A stretch of 35,905 bases of DNA from a virus (Duplodnaviria > Caudoviricetes). Below the pieces are notes generated by a model. It made no database searches. It was not told the DNA's origin and saw only the letters and a list, made by a program, of their open reading frames with translations. A program made the position numbers and the translations under genes. The stretch is from positions 1 through 35,905 of IMG/VR virus record IMGVR_UViG_3300012953_000087. One strand, given 5' to 3'. Each line of letters begins with the position of its first letter. Within the stretch, counting starts at the first letter, position 1. Shown here piece after piece: positions 27,941 to 35,879 of the stretch.

Positions 27941-28147
27941 CTATTGTTTTTTTCTGTTAAGTTTTGCACTTACGACTCTTAAATTCTTTTTTCCATTATT
28001 TCTAGGGTTACCATCTCTGTGGTCTATGTGCGTTCCATCGCCCTTTTTAACCCTGCCACTTTTTGTCATTGCTCTTCTATTCTTATTACGCAATGCTCTC
28101 TCTTGTTTCATTTTTTTTGAAGAATGATATTTTTTATATTCGCTCAC
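27941..28147 (-). CDS. HNH endonuclease
   Basis: KGDG.HIDHRDGNPRNN...NLRV..N; GTG start in a GTGA overlap. Confidence 0.8.
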   Translation of the reverse strand: MSEYKKYHSSKKMKQERALRNKNRRAMTKSGRVKKGDGTHIDHRDGNPRNNGKKNLRVVSAKLNRKKQ

Positions 28148-28332
28148 GATCTTACTCTCTCTTTGGCTTTTTTTAAAGCGCAGTTGCAACACATCAAAAT
28201 ATCATTTTCGTAGACCATGCTTGTTTTGTATTTAACAGACCCACAAGCACATCTAAATTTTTGACTTGTTCCTTTTCTGTATCTCAATGTCAAGTCTCTG
28301 CCTTTGCCTTCTGATCCTAGCATATTCTGCAT
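28144..28332 (-). CDS. Small Cys-rich hypothetical protein
   Basis: CACG...CCNC; stop overlaps the HNH start; own start uncertain. Confidence 0.45.
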   Translation of the reverse strand: MQNMLGSEGKGRDLTLRYRKGTSQKFRCACGSVKYKTSMVYENDILMCCNCALKKAKERVRS

Positions 28333-28546
28333 GATAGCTCCTTAACTTTTCTCTATTTTGTTCTCTATAATTTTTGTGGTAATTTCTTTCGCGAAATGCG
28401 ATGCTTAAAGCCTCACGATGCTGACCTCTTAATTTAAATATTTTGTAAATTAATTTTGTTTTTTCGTGTTCGCTTTTGTCGCCACTACGAAACTCTTTTT
28501 TGATTAGTCTAAAATGTTTCCATATTTCTTCTAAACGAGTAGTCAT
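28253..28546 (-). CDS. Basic hypothetical protein
   Basis: 97 aa; RBS AAGG; Y...YR..NREK helix. Confidence 0.55.
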   Translation of the reverse strand: MTTRLEEIWKHFRLIKKEFRSGDKSEHEKTKLIYKIFKLRGQHREALSIAFRERNYHKNYREQNREKLRSYHAEYARIRRQRQRLDIEIQKRNKSKI

Positions 28547-28556
28547 TTTTTGCCTT

Positions 28557-28620
28557 TCACAGTACTTGTGGTGGTACTGTGATTATAATGTGTGATTCGT
28601 TCAAATAAACAATTTTTTGA
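28557..28620 (-). promoter_or_regulatory. Promoter with an overlapping 9-bp inverted repeat
   Basis: TATAAT (minus strand, 28587-28582); AAAAAATTG upstream; TCACAGTAC-N8-GTACTGTGA at 28557-28582. Confidence 0.5.
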
Positions 28621-28654
28621 CGTTTTGTGAAAAAAAAATCTCTTTTTAAAGACC

Positions 28655-28682
28655 CTCAGAGGGGCAAAGATACCCCTCTGAG
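28655..28682 (-). terminator. Hairpin after the 28695 gene (terminator or processing site)
   Basis: Perfect 10-bp stem CTCAGAGGGG-N8-CCCCTCTGAG. Confidence 0.55.
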
Positions 28683-28694
28683 TGGTTTAGTACC

Positions 28695-29015
28695 CTATTT
28701 TTTTGGCTTGTCTTTGATGCTTATTATTTTGCCACTATCTGTATTCTTGGATAAATCCTTCAAATCTTTCAAAAAAGAATCAACATCAAGCTCTACATCC
28801 TCATATATTTTGTCATTTGGGTTTTCATCCATCCATTTGTCTCCATAATATTTAATTATGCTGTCTGCTATACCTATACATGTAGGTATTGTATCGCCTT
28901 TATAAACCTCTAAGCAAAAGTAGACGTTATTTGCAGATCCAACAGTTATGCTGTCTCTGTCTTCGTCAATTTCAGATACATGTAATTTTATGTATCCATC
29001 CATACTCCATTCCAT
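28695..29015 (-). CDS. Hypothetical protein
   Basis: 106 aa; RBS GGAG. Confidence 0.55.
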   Translation of the reverse strand: MEWSMDGYIKLHVSEIDEDRDSITVGSANNVYFCLEVYKGDTIPTCIGIADSIIKYYGDKWMDENPNDKIYEDVELDVDSFLKDLKDLSKNTDSGKIISIKDKPKK

Positions 29016-29018
29016 TAT

Positions 29019-29453
29019 TTATTCTCCATAATTAATATCCCATCTATAAAAGATGTGATCGTCTATTCTAGTTATAAAAGTTTTAGATGATGCCCAATCA
29101 GGCAAAACATAGTAAGCATGATAGTGTGTCGCTCCCTCAACAAAGTCATCAAGGTTGCCATAGTAAACACCATGAGCGACCAACATAGCATGCTCCCACG
29201 CGCCTTTATCTTTAGGCTCATCACTTTTGCCATCGCAGTACCAAGAGAATTGACAGCGATTTTTAATAGGAACACTAGGATTCCATTTATAGTGTTCCCC
29301 CTGATACACAACATCACAAACATTGTCAGGGTATCTTTCATCCCTAACTCTGTTCATGGTGACCTGCGCAACAGATATCTGACCAATCAGAGATTGTGAT
29401 CTACTCTCATGATACACGTTAAGTGCTAAGCACATCAAAGCCTCAACAATCAT
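29019..29453 (-). CDS. Cell wall hydrolase (SleB/Hydrolase_2)
   Basis: CLALNVYHESR, VAQVTMNRV, CQFSWYCDG, GATHYHA, HIFY. Confidence 0.9.
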   Translation of the reverse strand: MIVEALMCLALNVYHESRSQSLIGQISVAQVTMNRVRDERYPDNVCDVVYQGEHYKWNPSVPIKNRCQFSWYCDGKSDEPKDKGAWEHAMLVAHGVYYGNLDDFVEGATHYHAYYVLPDWASSKTFITRIDDHIFYRWDINYGE

Positions 29454-29742
29454 AGCTATTATCCTTCATGTTTGATATTTCACTAAGTGGTACAGAGTAT
29501 AGATATTCTACAGAACAATCATCCCCATCTGCATCAAATCTTTTTTTAATTTTAGATAAGAATTTTTTATTAGGTAGTTCTGAATAAAGCTCAACATCTT
29601 CGCCATGCTTGTGACTTATTAAAACAATGTAGACATCATTAAATGACATCTGTTTATAAAATGTCTCAATAACATATTTTCTCATCATTTTTTCATGCTT
29701 GTTTAACATGGGTTTTCCATTCTTATACTTTAATTTAGTCAT
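29443..29742 (-). CDS. Hypothetical protein
   Basis: 99 aa; overlaps neighbours within the operon. Confidence 0.55.
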   Translation of the reverse strand: MTKLKYKNGKPMLNKHEKMMRKYVIETFYKQMSFNDVYIVLISHKHGEDVELYSELPNKKFLSKIKKRFDADGDDCSVEYLYSVPLSEISNMKDNSYDC

Positions 29743-29995
29743 CGTTGATCCACTCCTCTATAGATTCTAAGGGTTCTTTCTGCAAAAATATGGGTGTTCC
29801 TTCGCCCACATAAGATCCCAATATATTATAGCCAAAATAATCCATAGCCAATTCATGGGTCATATCGTCTCTCGCCATTAATATTTCTATGATCTTATCT
29901 TTGTCATATACTAATACATCTTTTTTATTGGATGGGTTCATTGCCCACCCAATAACAGCGCTGTTAAATCCGTCAGCTTTTAATGCTTTACTCAT
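29735..29995 (-). CDS. Conserved marine phage hypothetical protein
   Basis: ADGF..AVIG...VYD..KIIEIL...A.DYF.YNI.GSYVGE.TPIF. Confidence 0.7.
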   Translation of the reverse strand: MSKALKADGFNSAVIGWAMNPSNKKDVLVYDKDKIIEILMARDDMTHELAMDYFGYNILGSYVGEGTPIFLQKEPLESIEEWINDD

Positions 29996-30203
29996 GGCTG
30001 TCCCTTTCTGCTAATCTTTTTCTGTTAGTGTTTCCAATAAAACCAATGATCATGTTTCTTAAACGGCAATACCTACCAAAAGTAGCATCATCATCATTTA
30101 AGGATCTGCTATCTCCCTCGACACAAAAATTTTCTATAAGATCATACAATTTTGTATCTAATAAAATAAAATCCTCATCTTTAATTTCATCTATGTATCT
30201 CAT
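29988..30203 (-). CDS. Hypothetical protein
   Basis: ATGA overlap with the upstream stop. Confidence 0.55.
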   Translation of the reverse strand: MRYIDEIKDEDFILLDTKLYDLIENFCVEGDSRSLNDDDATFGRYCRLRNMIIGFIGNTNRKRLAERDSHE

Positions 30204-30421
30204 TTTTTTCCCCATTTCATTAAGTTATCAAAAGTAAAAATTATAAATACAGAAGATAGAACCAAGGTCATACCACTTATCATTATAACTTTATCAAAGA
30301 ACTCCATATTACCCCATTGCCTTTCCTCGACAGAGCCAATTAATAAAAAACCAACATGGATGTATGCCCATGCAACAAGTATCATTAATATAAATATAAA
30401 TATTGATGTAGACGTTCTCAT
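30200..30421 (-). CDS. Two-TM membrane protein
   Basis: Two hydrophobic helices; follows the conserved leader repeat. Confidence 0.6.
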   Translation of the reverse strand: MRTSTSIFIFILMILVAWAYIHVGFLLIGSVEERQWGNMEFFDKVIMISGMTLVLSSVFIIFTFDNLMKWGKK

Positions 30422-30527
30422 ATAGTGCCTTTCTCTGACTAATCAGATTTGTTGTTAAGTTGTGAAATGAAGGGTACAATCATACACGTCAGTATAATTG
30501 CACCCCTCTGAGCCTCTTTAAATCAAG
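30419..30527 (-). repeat. Early intergenic element A: long hairpin + ATTTCACAACT core + 50-nt leader
   Basis: 30419-30468 matches 31084-31133 at 47/50; 30458-30527 matches 32089-32158 at 62/70 (hand alignment). Confidence 0.9.
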
Positions 30528-31086
30528 ACTTTTTTGAGTATTTTGTCTGTCTTTCTTTGGTTATGCCGTCACTTATTTTTTTTGCTTTATTATAAACACC
30601 TCTTATCTTGGGATCAGTATGATTTTTAAATCCACCATTTGACCAACCAAAGGGTATATTATGCCAAACTTTTTCTTCTGTGTTGTAAGCGAACCATAGA
30701 TGGTATGCATTAGCATCGTCAACCTCCCTATCTGTAGATGGAAACAACATAACACCTTCAGCATCATAACCTAATATGTTGTTTTTAATATCCATCAGAT
30801 CTGCATAATCACAGATAGGCTCTCTGTCATTTCGCATTATGTGAAGATGAACTGTTTCCCATGGCTTTTCCATAGGATGATCATCTATATCACGACCTCT
30901 ATAAAGTATAATATAATAGTCACTACCATTAAATCCTGATAAATAATGCTTTGACCTTCTCTCCATGTAGTATCGTGCCGTAAAGAATTTTTTTGCCCCC
31001 AAAGGTTTCCAAACATATTCGCGTTTCTTCAAATATTCCTCAAGACTACCCAATATTTCTTTGGAATCTTTTTCTATAAATTTCAT
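30523..31086 (-). CDS. Hypothetical protein with DUF7694-like domain
   Basis: HLHI.RND..P...DL..IKN..G...G..FP.....VD.AN.YHLW; start set at 31086 from the repeated leader. Confidence 0.65.
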   Translation of the reverse strand: MKFIEKDSKEILGSLEEYLKKREYVWKPLGAKKFFTARYYMERRSKHYLSGFNGSDYYIILYRGRDIDDHPMEKPWETVHLHIMRNDREPICDYADLMDIKNNILGYDAEGVMLFPSTDREVDDANAYHLWFAYNTEEKVWHNIPFGWSNGGFKNHTDPKIRGVYNKAKKISDGITKERQTKYSKKS

Positions 31087-31151
31087 ATAGTACCTTTCTC
31101 TGACCAATCAGATTTGTTATTAAGTTGTGAAATAGGGGGCATTGCGCCCCC
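31084..31151 (-). repeat. Early intergenic element B: GC hairpin + core + 50-nt leader
   Basis: GGGGGC-N5-GCCCCC at 31135-31151; core at 31123-31133. Confidence 0.9.
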
Positions 31152-31155
31152 CATC

Positions 31156-32073
31156 CTAATCGTTAAACACAGCCTCAAAAACTCTTCTTGTTCCCCATCT
31201 TCTTACAATGTTTACAATATCGTTTTTAGACTTTGCTTTTTTCACAACCATAGGATTGCTTGGGTCTCCCATTATACCAATGTAACCCTCATTAGATTTC
31301 CAAAATTTGTGACCATCTCTTGTCGATGTACTATTATCTATATGCTTTGAGTGCCAAGTTGCTTTATATATTTTGCAATCTTCTTCCTCAAATTCAAATG
31401 TCGCATCAGATACTAGGCATTGATCCACTACACCAATTCCATTATTTGCCACGTCTTTTATCCAAGTAGGTTTAAGTATTACTTTGGTGGTGTCTCCATA
31501 TCCCCAATTTAACTCAGCCTTCTTAATAAACTTATTTGTTGCAACATCAATTTTAACATCTACGTTTATATAAACCTGATCGCCTAAACCACCATTTTGG
31601 TTTCTTAATATATCTCTAATCTTAGGCTTAAGATAGCTTTCAAATCGTTGTCTTAAACTATCGCCATTCTGATCTGATGCTGTGACTTTGCGAGCCTCAA
31701 ACTTTTTATTATTTACATCCATTAAAGCAGATATAACTTGACCTTCAAGGACATTAACAAAAATATCAGGAATACTTAACTGCCAACCTTCAAGGTTGTT
31801 CTTCCTAATATATTCGTCAAAAAGATCATGTCTTCTGTAGCCGTTGTAAGAACCATTACTATCTTCCCTTGATCCAAATGTTTTTAGGTAACCCCAAAAA
31901 GGTTTAAGATCAAAACTACCATGAGGGTTCTTTGATGCATGGTTTATAAAATCAACAGCCTCTTTATGAGACCTGATACTTTCTTCCCATAGCTCTGATG
32001 GTGTAGGTCTATTTGAGTCACACTTGCCTTTAGCTTGTCTTCTTAATCTAAAATTATTGTTATAATTTGTCAT
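31156..32073 (-). CDS. Hypothetical early protein
   Basis: RBS GGAG 8 nt before ATG 32073. Confidence 0.65.
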   Translation of the reverse strand: MTNYNNNFRLRRQAKGKCDSNRPTPSELWEESIRSHKEAVDFINHASKNPHGSFDLKPFWGYLKTFGSREDSNGSYNGYRRHDLFDEYIRKNNLEGWQLSIPDIFVNVLEGQVISALMDVNNKKFEARKVTASDQNGDSLRQRFESYLKPKIRDILRNQNGGLGDQVYINVDVKIDVATNKFIKKAELNWGYGDTTKVILKPTWIKDVANNGIGVVDQCLVSDATFEFEEEDCKIYKATWHSKHIDNSTSTRDGHKFWKSNEGYIGIMGDPSNPMVVKKAKSKNDIVNIVRRWGTRRVFEAVFND

Positions 32074-32088
32074 CTCATATACTCCATT

Positions 32089-32158
32089 AGTTGTGAAATG
32101 GAGGGTACAATCATACACAGCAATGTAATTGCACCCCCCTGAGGGTCTTTAAATCAAG
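32089..32158 (-). repeat. Early intergenic element C: long hairpin + core
   Basis: Near-copy of 30458-30527. Confidence 0.9.
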
Positions 32159-32179
32159 CCGTTTTGGAGAGGGTAGAGG

Positions 32180-33469
32180 TTAAACCTCTACCTTTATTGT
32201 CTTACCCCAAGGGGCAACCTTGTCAGTTGTTGCGCACCAAATTGTTGGAGTATTTACTTTCTTAGGGAATGGACATTCCATATCAGTAAATACAATCATG
32301 CATTTTGGCTTTAACTTTCTATCCTTCATTTCATCAATAAAGCATTGAAAGTCAGTACCACCACTCTGCCACCTATTAGGTAAAGCAAACTTTTCGCCTG
32401 CTTTAAAAGTATCAACATGCCAAACCTTGGTATGAAAGTAACCAAGGGTCACAGTTGAAGGCTTTATCTGATCAACAATTACCTGCACCTCTGCAAGGCA
32501 TTGTGATGCCTCTGTTTGAGTTATGACAGATCCACTTGTATCAAACCATGCCACTAGATCCCCAACACCTTCTTTTTTTACTGCAGGCATTACAACACCC
32601 ATAGGATAAACAGATTTATTTAACCTGCTCCAAGTCAAAGACTTTGGGAATAATGGTTTCATATATCTTCTTAGGATCTCATACCATTTGATCTGAGGCT
32701 TTTTGTTTTCAATGGCAAGGGAAGAGAATTGACCATCAAGAAGACCTCTTGACTTAGCAATATTCATCGCTTGTTCAATAGTTATATCAAGCTCAGCCTC
32801 ATGGTGTTCCTTCTGAACATCAGATAAAGAAGACCCATCCTCATTGGTAGGCTTTACAACTACACCACAACCACCAACATCTGCAGGAACATCTTGCTTA
32901 GATCCTTGCTCTTCGCCTGAACTGTCTGGCTTGCTCTGATTATTTGATTGGTCAGATTTCTGATCGCCATCAGATTTGCCAGACGTTTTGCTTTGATCCT
33001 GATTTTCCTCAGGCTTAACGTACTCATTATCGTATACGTTTTCCCATGACCATCCATCATATTCCTTTTTATACAAGCCACCCTCAGGCATCTTCATTGA
33101 AGATTTGCCATTTCTTCTGCCCTGCTCTGCATTGATAGTATTTACAAGCATAGCATTTATTACATAATCCATGGATATATTTGCAAGCTCAGGATCATGA
33201 TGTTCCTGCTCTCTCAGGTGGTGCTTAAGTATTACATGCAGTATTTCATGACCTGCAATAAATGTAGCCTCAGCCTTTGATAAACCTTTTATAAAATTAC
33301 CATTCCACCTGATAGATTGCCCATCTGTGCAGGCTGTAGGTATGCTGTCATCCCTGACCCATTTAAGTTTTGTTGCAGGGATACCCAAGAAGGGTTGATG
33401 TATTAGTAGTGAAGACTTAGCGCTTATGATAAGCTCTTCTGCTGTCAAACCATTATCAATATTATTCAT
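32180..33469 (-). CDS. Metallopeptidase-like + vWA protein (DUF2201-like)
   Basis: TACTDG, HEILH, N..MDY.IN, acidic linker, MIDAS DTSGS, GGTDF, FTD. Confidence 0.85.
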   Translation of the reverse strand: MNNIDNGLTAEELIISAKSSLLIHQPFLGIPATKLKWVRDDSIPTACTDGQSIRWNGNFIKGLSKAEATFIAGHEILHVILKHHLREQEHHDPELANISMDYVINAMLVNTINAEQGRRNGKSSMKMPEGGLYKKEYDGWSWENVYDNEYVKPEENQDQSKTSGKSDGDQKSDQSNNQSKPDSSGEEQGSKQDVPADVGGCGVVVKPTNEDGSSLSDVQKEHHEAELDITIEQAMNIAKSRGLLDGQFSSLAIENKKPQIKWYEILRRYMKPLFPKSLTWSRLNKSVYPMGVVMPAVKKEGVGDLVAWFDTSGSVITQTEASQCLAEVQVIVDQIKPSTVTLGYFHTKVWHVDTFKAGEKFALPNRWQSGGTDFQCFIDEMKDRKLKPKCMIVFTDMECPFPKKVNTPTIWCATTDKVAPWGKTIKVEV

Positions 33470-33482
33470 GATTGTTCCTCAT

Positions 33483-33514
33483 AGTTGTGAAATAAAGGGG
33501 CGCTGTGCGCCCCT
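33483..33514 (-). repeat. Early intergenic element D: GC hairpin + core
   Basis: AGGGGCGC-N3-GCGCCCCT at 33496-33514; core at 33483-33493. Confidence 0.85.
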
Positions 33515-33516
33515 GA

Positions 33517-34392
33517 TCAGCCATAGCCTGCCATTAGGGTTTCAAGGACATCATCACTATCTTTTTTAATCTCAGCTCTGTATGTCTCTTCTTTTGTAGC
33601 CTCATGGTCTATCCTGCATAATTTAATGACCTCTTTAATCTTTTTGTCATAGTCAGGGCAGTTATGTATGTTTTGATCCTTAGCAATAATTAACCTTTCC
33701 TGCAGGTTAACGATTGTTTTTTCTCTTAGCTTTGCTGTGCCATCAGCCTGCTTGTTAATCTCTTTTACAAGATCTACAACACCATCAAGAATGTTTGCCT
33801 GCGCTTGCTGTGCTAGGTCTAGCTTGCTCTTGTTAATAGTGCTGTCAAGTTTAGCTGTGTCAAACTTTTCTTTGAGACCCAAATTTTTATCAAATGCATT
33901 ATCCTCAGGGATAGGCATATAATTAACTCTAAAAACAAATCTATCAGCTATCTGCTCAGCATCTCCAAAGCCACGATCTATAAAATCCTGATCAGTTATA
34001 ACACCATTTTGAGTAGCTATAACATCTGACTTTATTTGGTCTAGCCTATTAACAAAGTCAGTAACCATTGATAAAAATTTCTGCCTGCAATCTTCCATCT
34101 TTTCTGAGAACAATGGAAGAGAGTCAGCGCAAATAACATCTGAACCCATGAGCTGACCTATAACAAATTTCTTAGCATCTTCCCTGCACTTTTTGCCAAA
34201 AGATATAATTTCATCCAATGGTGTTTTCTTGCTGTCTCCATTCTTAAATAAATTTTTACTTACAGCTAATAGGTCTGTCTTCACACCTTTTTGCTGTGCT
34301 AATTTCTCTGTCAATTCAACATCGACAAACCTGCAGGCAGGTGTCTTGATCTCTACATGAACTAACAAACCATGTGATTCTGAAAATGTCAT
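33517..34392 (-). CDS. Helical protein associated with AAA/vWA pairs (DUF3150-like)
   Basis: K.L..F......F...P pattern and position between the ATPase and vWA genes; RBS GGGAG before ATG 34392. Confidence 0.5.
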   Translation of the reverse strand: MTFSESHGLLVHVEIKTPACRFVDVELTEKLAQQKGVKTDLLAVSKNLFKNGDSKKTPLDEIISFGKKCREDAKKFVIGQLMGSDVICADSLPLFSEKMEDCRQKFLSMVTDFVNRLDQIKSDVIATQNGVITDQDFIDRGFGDAEQIADRFVFRVNYMPIPEDNAFDKNLGLKEKFDTAKLDSTINKSKLDLAQQAQANILDGVVDLVKEINKQADGTAKLREKTIVNLQERLIIAKDQNIHNCPDYDKKIKEVIKLCRIDHEATKEETYRAEIKKDSDDVLETLMAGYG

Positions 34393-34452
34393 ATTGATAT
34401 GCTCCCTTTTTTGATTGGTCAAATAATTGTTGATAGTAATCTAATGAAATTG

Positions 34453-34476
34453 TGCAGGGCATAAACACACCCTGCA
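34453..34476 (-). terminator. Intergenic hairpin after the AAA ATPase
   Basis: TGCAGGG-N10-CCCTGCA, followed on the minus strand by CAATTTCA (partial core). Confidence 0.5.
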
Positions 34477-34481
34477 TTAGT

Positions 34482-35567
34482 TTATTTATTGCTGTTACTT
34501 AAGATGTCAGTAAATATCTTTACGTTCTTATTAGCTAAAGCAAATCTCTGATAATCTTTATTGCTCCAAGCCAATTTATTGTCCTTCTTCCAAACATCTC
34601 CAAGAGCGATAATTGCCCAATCTAATGGCAGGCGCTCGCAGTATTGAACAGTAGCGCTCAGGTTTTCCTTTGTAGCAAAAGAACCAAGGGCAGATACTAG
34701 CGCATAAAAAACGTCAGTTCTATCTTCTGCAGGAAGAGGCGCAGACAATGGGTTTTTATAAATCTCTGTTCTATTAGGAAGATCATTCATGACCCTTCTG
34801 AAGGCTATAAATTCAAGACCTACTGTATTACCTACATAGGCTTGAATAATAGGTAACTCTAGCTTGCCACTAGGAACACCACCTGACTTTATCAAATCTG
34901 ATAAATGGGTAAGTGATCTAGGTGTACAAGATTTGTACTGATCAGCATCAAAACCCTCATTAATCCAACGTGGGTGGGTTCTTACACCTGCGATAATCTC
35001 AGCAACAACACCTGCAGGAATTGCCCATTCAAGCCATGAACCTGCATCAACTTTAAATTCAAATGCTTTAAATCTGTCCCATGTCATAGCGCCTAGCTCT
35101 GTAGCAGATAAAGAATTATCCTCAGGTCTATTCCCAAAGGCTATAATTGCTGTCTCTTTAGGTATCTGCAGGTCTCCTGCCATCCTCTCAAGAATAAACT
35201 TAGCAATAAATTTAGCTTGTACATCGTCTGCTTGGAACAGCTCGTCAATAATTACACCACATTTTTTGCCCTCAGCATGCGCCCTGATCAGGTTTACCCA
35301 ATGCTTTGGCGCGTACCAATCTGTCACGTTTGTTTGTGTCACCTCGCATTTACCATGAGCAGGTGTACCATGAAGATCAGTTATTTCCATGGTGTTAGGG
35401 TTGATCTTTAAGATATAATCATAACCCATGTTTTCATATATCTGATAGCCTGATTCTGTTTTGCCTGCACCTGCCTGACCCACTCCAATAGGAACATGAC
35501 CAACCTTAATTACTGCAGGCGCTAACTCGATAAATTCTTGTACTGTTACTGATTGATGATTTAACAT
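34482..35567 (-). CDS. AAA+ ATPase (MoxR/AAA_5-like)
   Basis: Walker A GQAGAGKT, DLHGTP, Walker B IIDE, sensor GNRPED, DRF, TPRS. Confidence 0.85.
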   Translation of the reverse strand: MLNHQSVTVQEFIELAPAVIKVGHVPIGVGQAGAGKTESGYQIYENMGYDYILKINPNTMEITDLHGTPAHGKCEVTQTNVTDWYAPKHWVNLIRAHAEGKKCGVIIDELFQADDVQAKFIAKFILERMAGDLQIPKETAIIAFGNRPEDNSLSATELGAMTWDRFKAFEFKVDAGSWLEWAIPAGVVAEIIAGVRTHPRWINEGFDADQYKSCTPRSLTHLSDLIKSGGVPSGKLELPIIQAYVGNTVGLEFIAFRRVMNDLPNRTEIYKNPLSAPLPAEDRTDVFYALVSALGSFATKENLSATVQYCERLPLDWAIIALGDVWKKDNKLAWSNKDYQRFALANKNVKIFTDILSNSNK

Positions 35568-35600
35568 AATCTCTCCATTAATTGATTGTGAAATAGTCAG

Positions 35601-35879
35601 CTATTTCTTAGCTGACAGATTGGCAAATACTAAATCGCCTGACTTGATCGCATAATTTCTAGACAGATCCAACCTGCGATATTGCTTAAGGTGGTTGTCA
35701 AAGATTGTGAGCATCTTTGCCCCATCTCTTTCCTCTAGGACAAGCCTGCCCCAAAAGGGTCTCGCCTCGCCGTTCTTCTTAGTGAAGAACCCACTTACAA
35801 AACGTGAACCAATAAGACCTACTATCTGATCTTTGGGAAGATCAAGATGCGCCTGATTTAAAAAATTATCTGATACCAT
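35601..35879 (-). CDS. SH3/WYL-like small protein (DUF2693-like)
   Basis: F.KKNGE.R...GRL...IFD.....YRR pattern. Confidence 0.55.
   Translation of the reverse strand: MVSDNFLNQAHLDLPKDQIVGLIGSRFVSGFFTKKNGEARPFWGRLVLEERDGAKMLTIFDNHLKQYRRLDLSRNYAIKSGDLVFANLSAKK

Noticed and set aside
30419-33514. Early-region repeats as a CRISPR array
   Set aside because: Repeats are separated by whole genes of 0.6-1.4 kb, not 30-40-nt spacers. The only Cas4-like gene sits in an ordinary recombination operon.
35559-35586. Perfect XerD-arm sequence TTATGTTAAAT (minus strand), suggesting a dif-like site
   Set aside because: It coincides with the ATPase start (ATG TTA AAT) and its RBS, and the would-be XerC arm (ATCAATTAATG) does not match.
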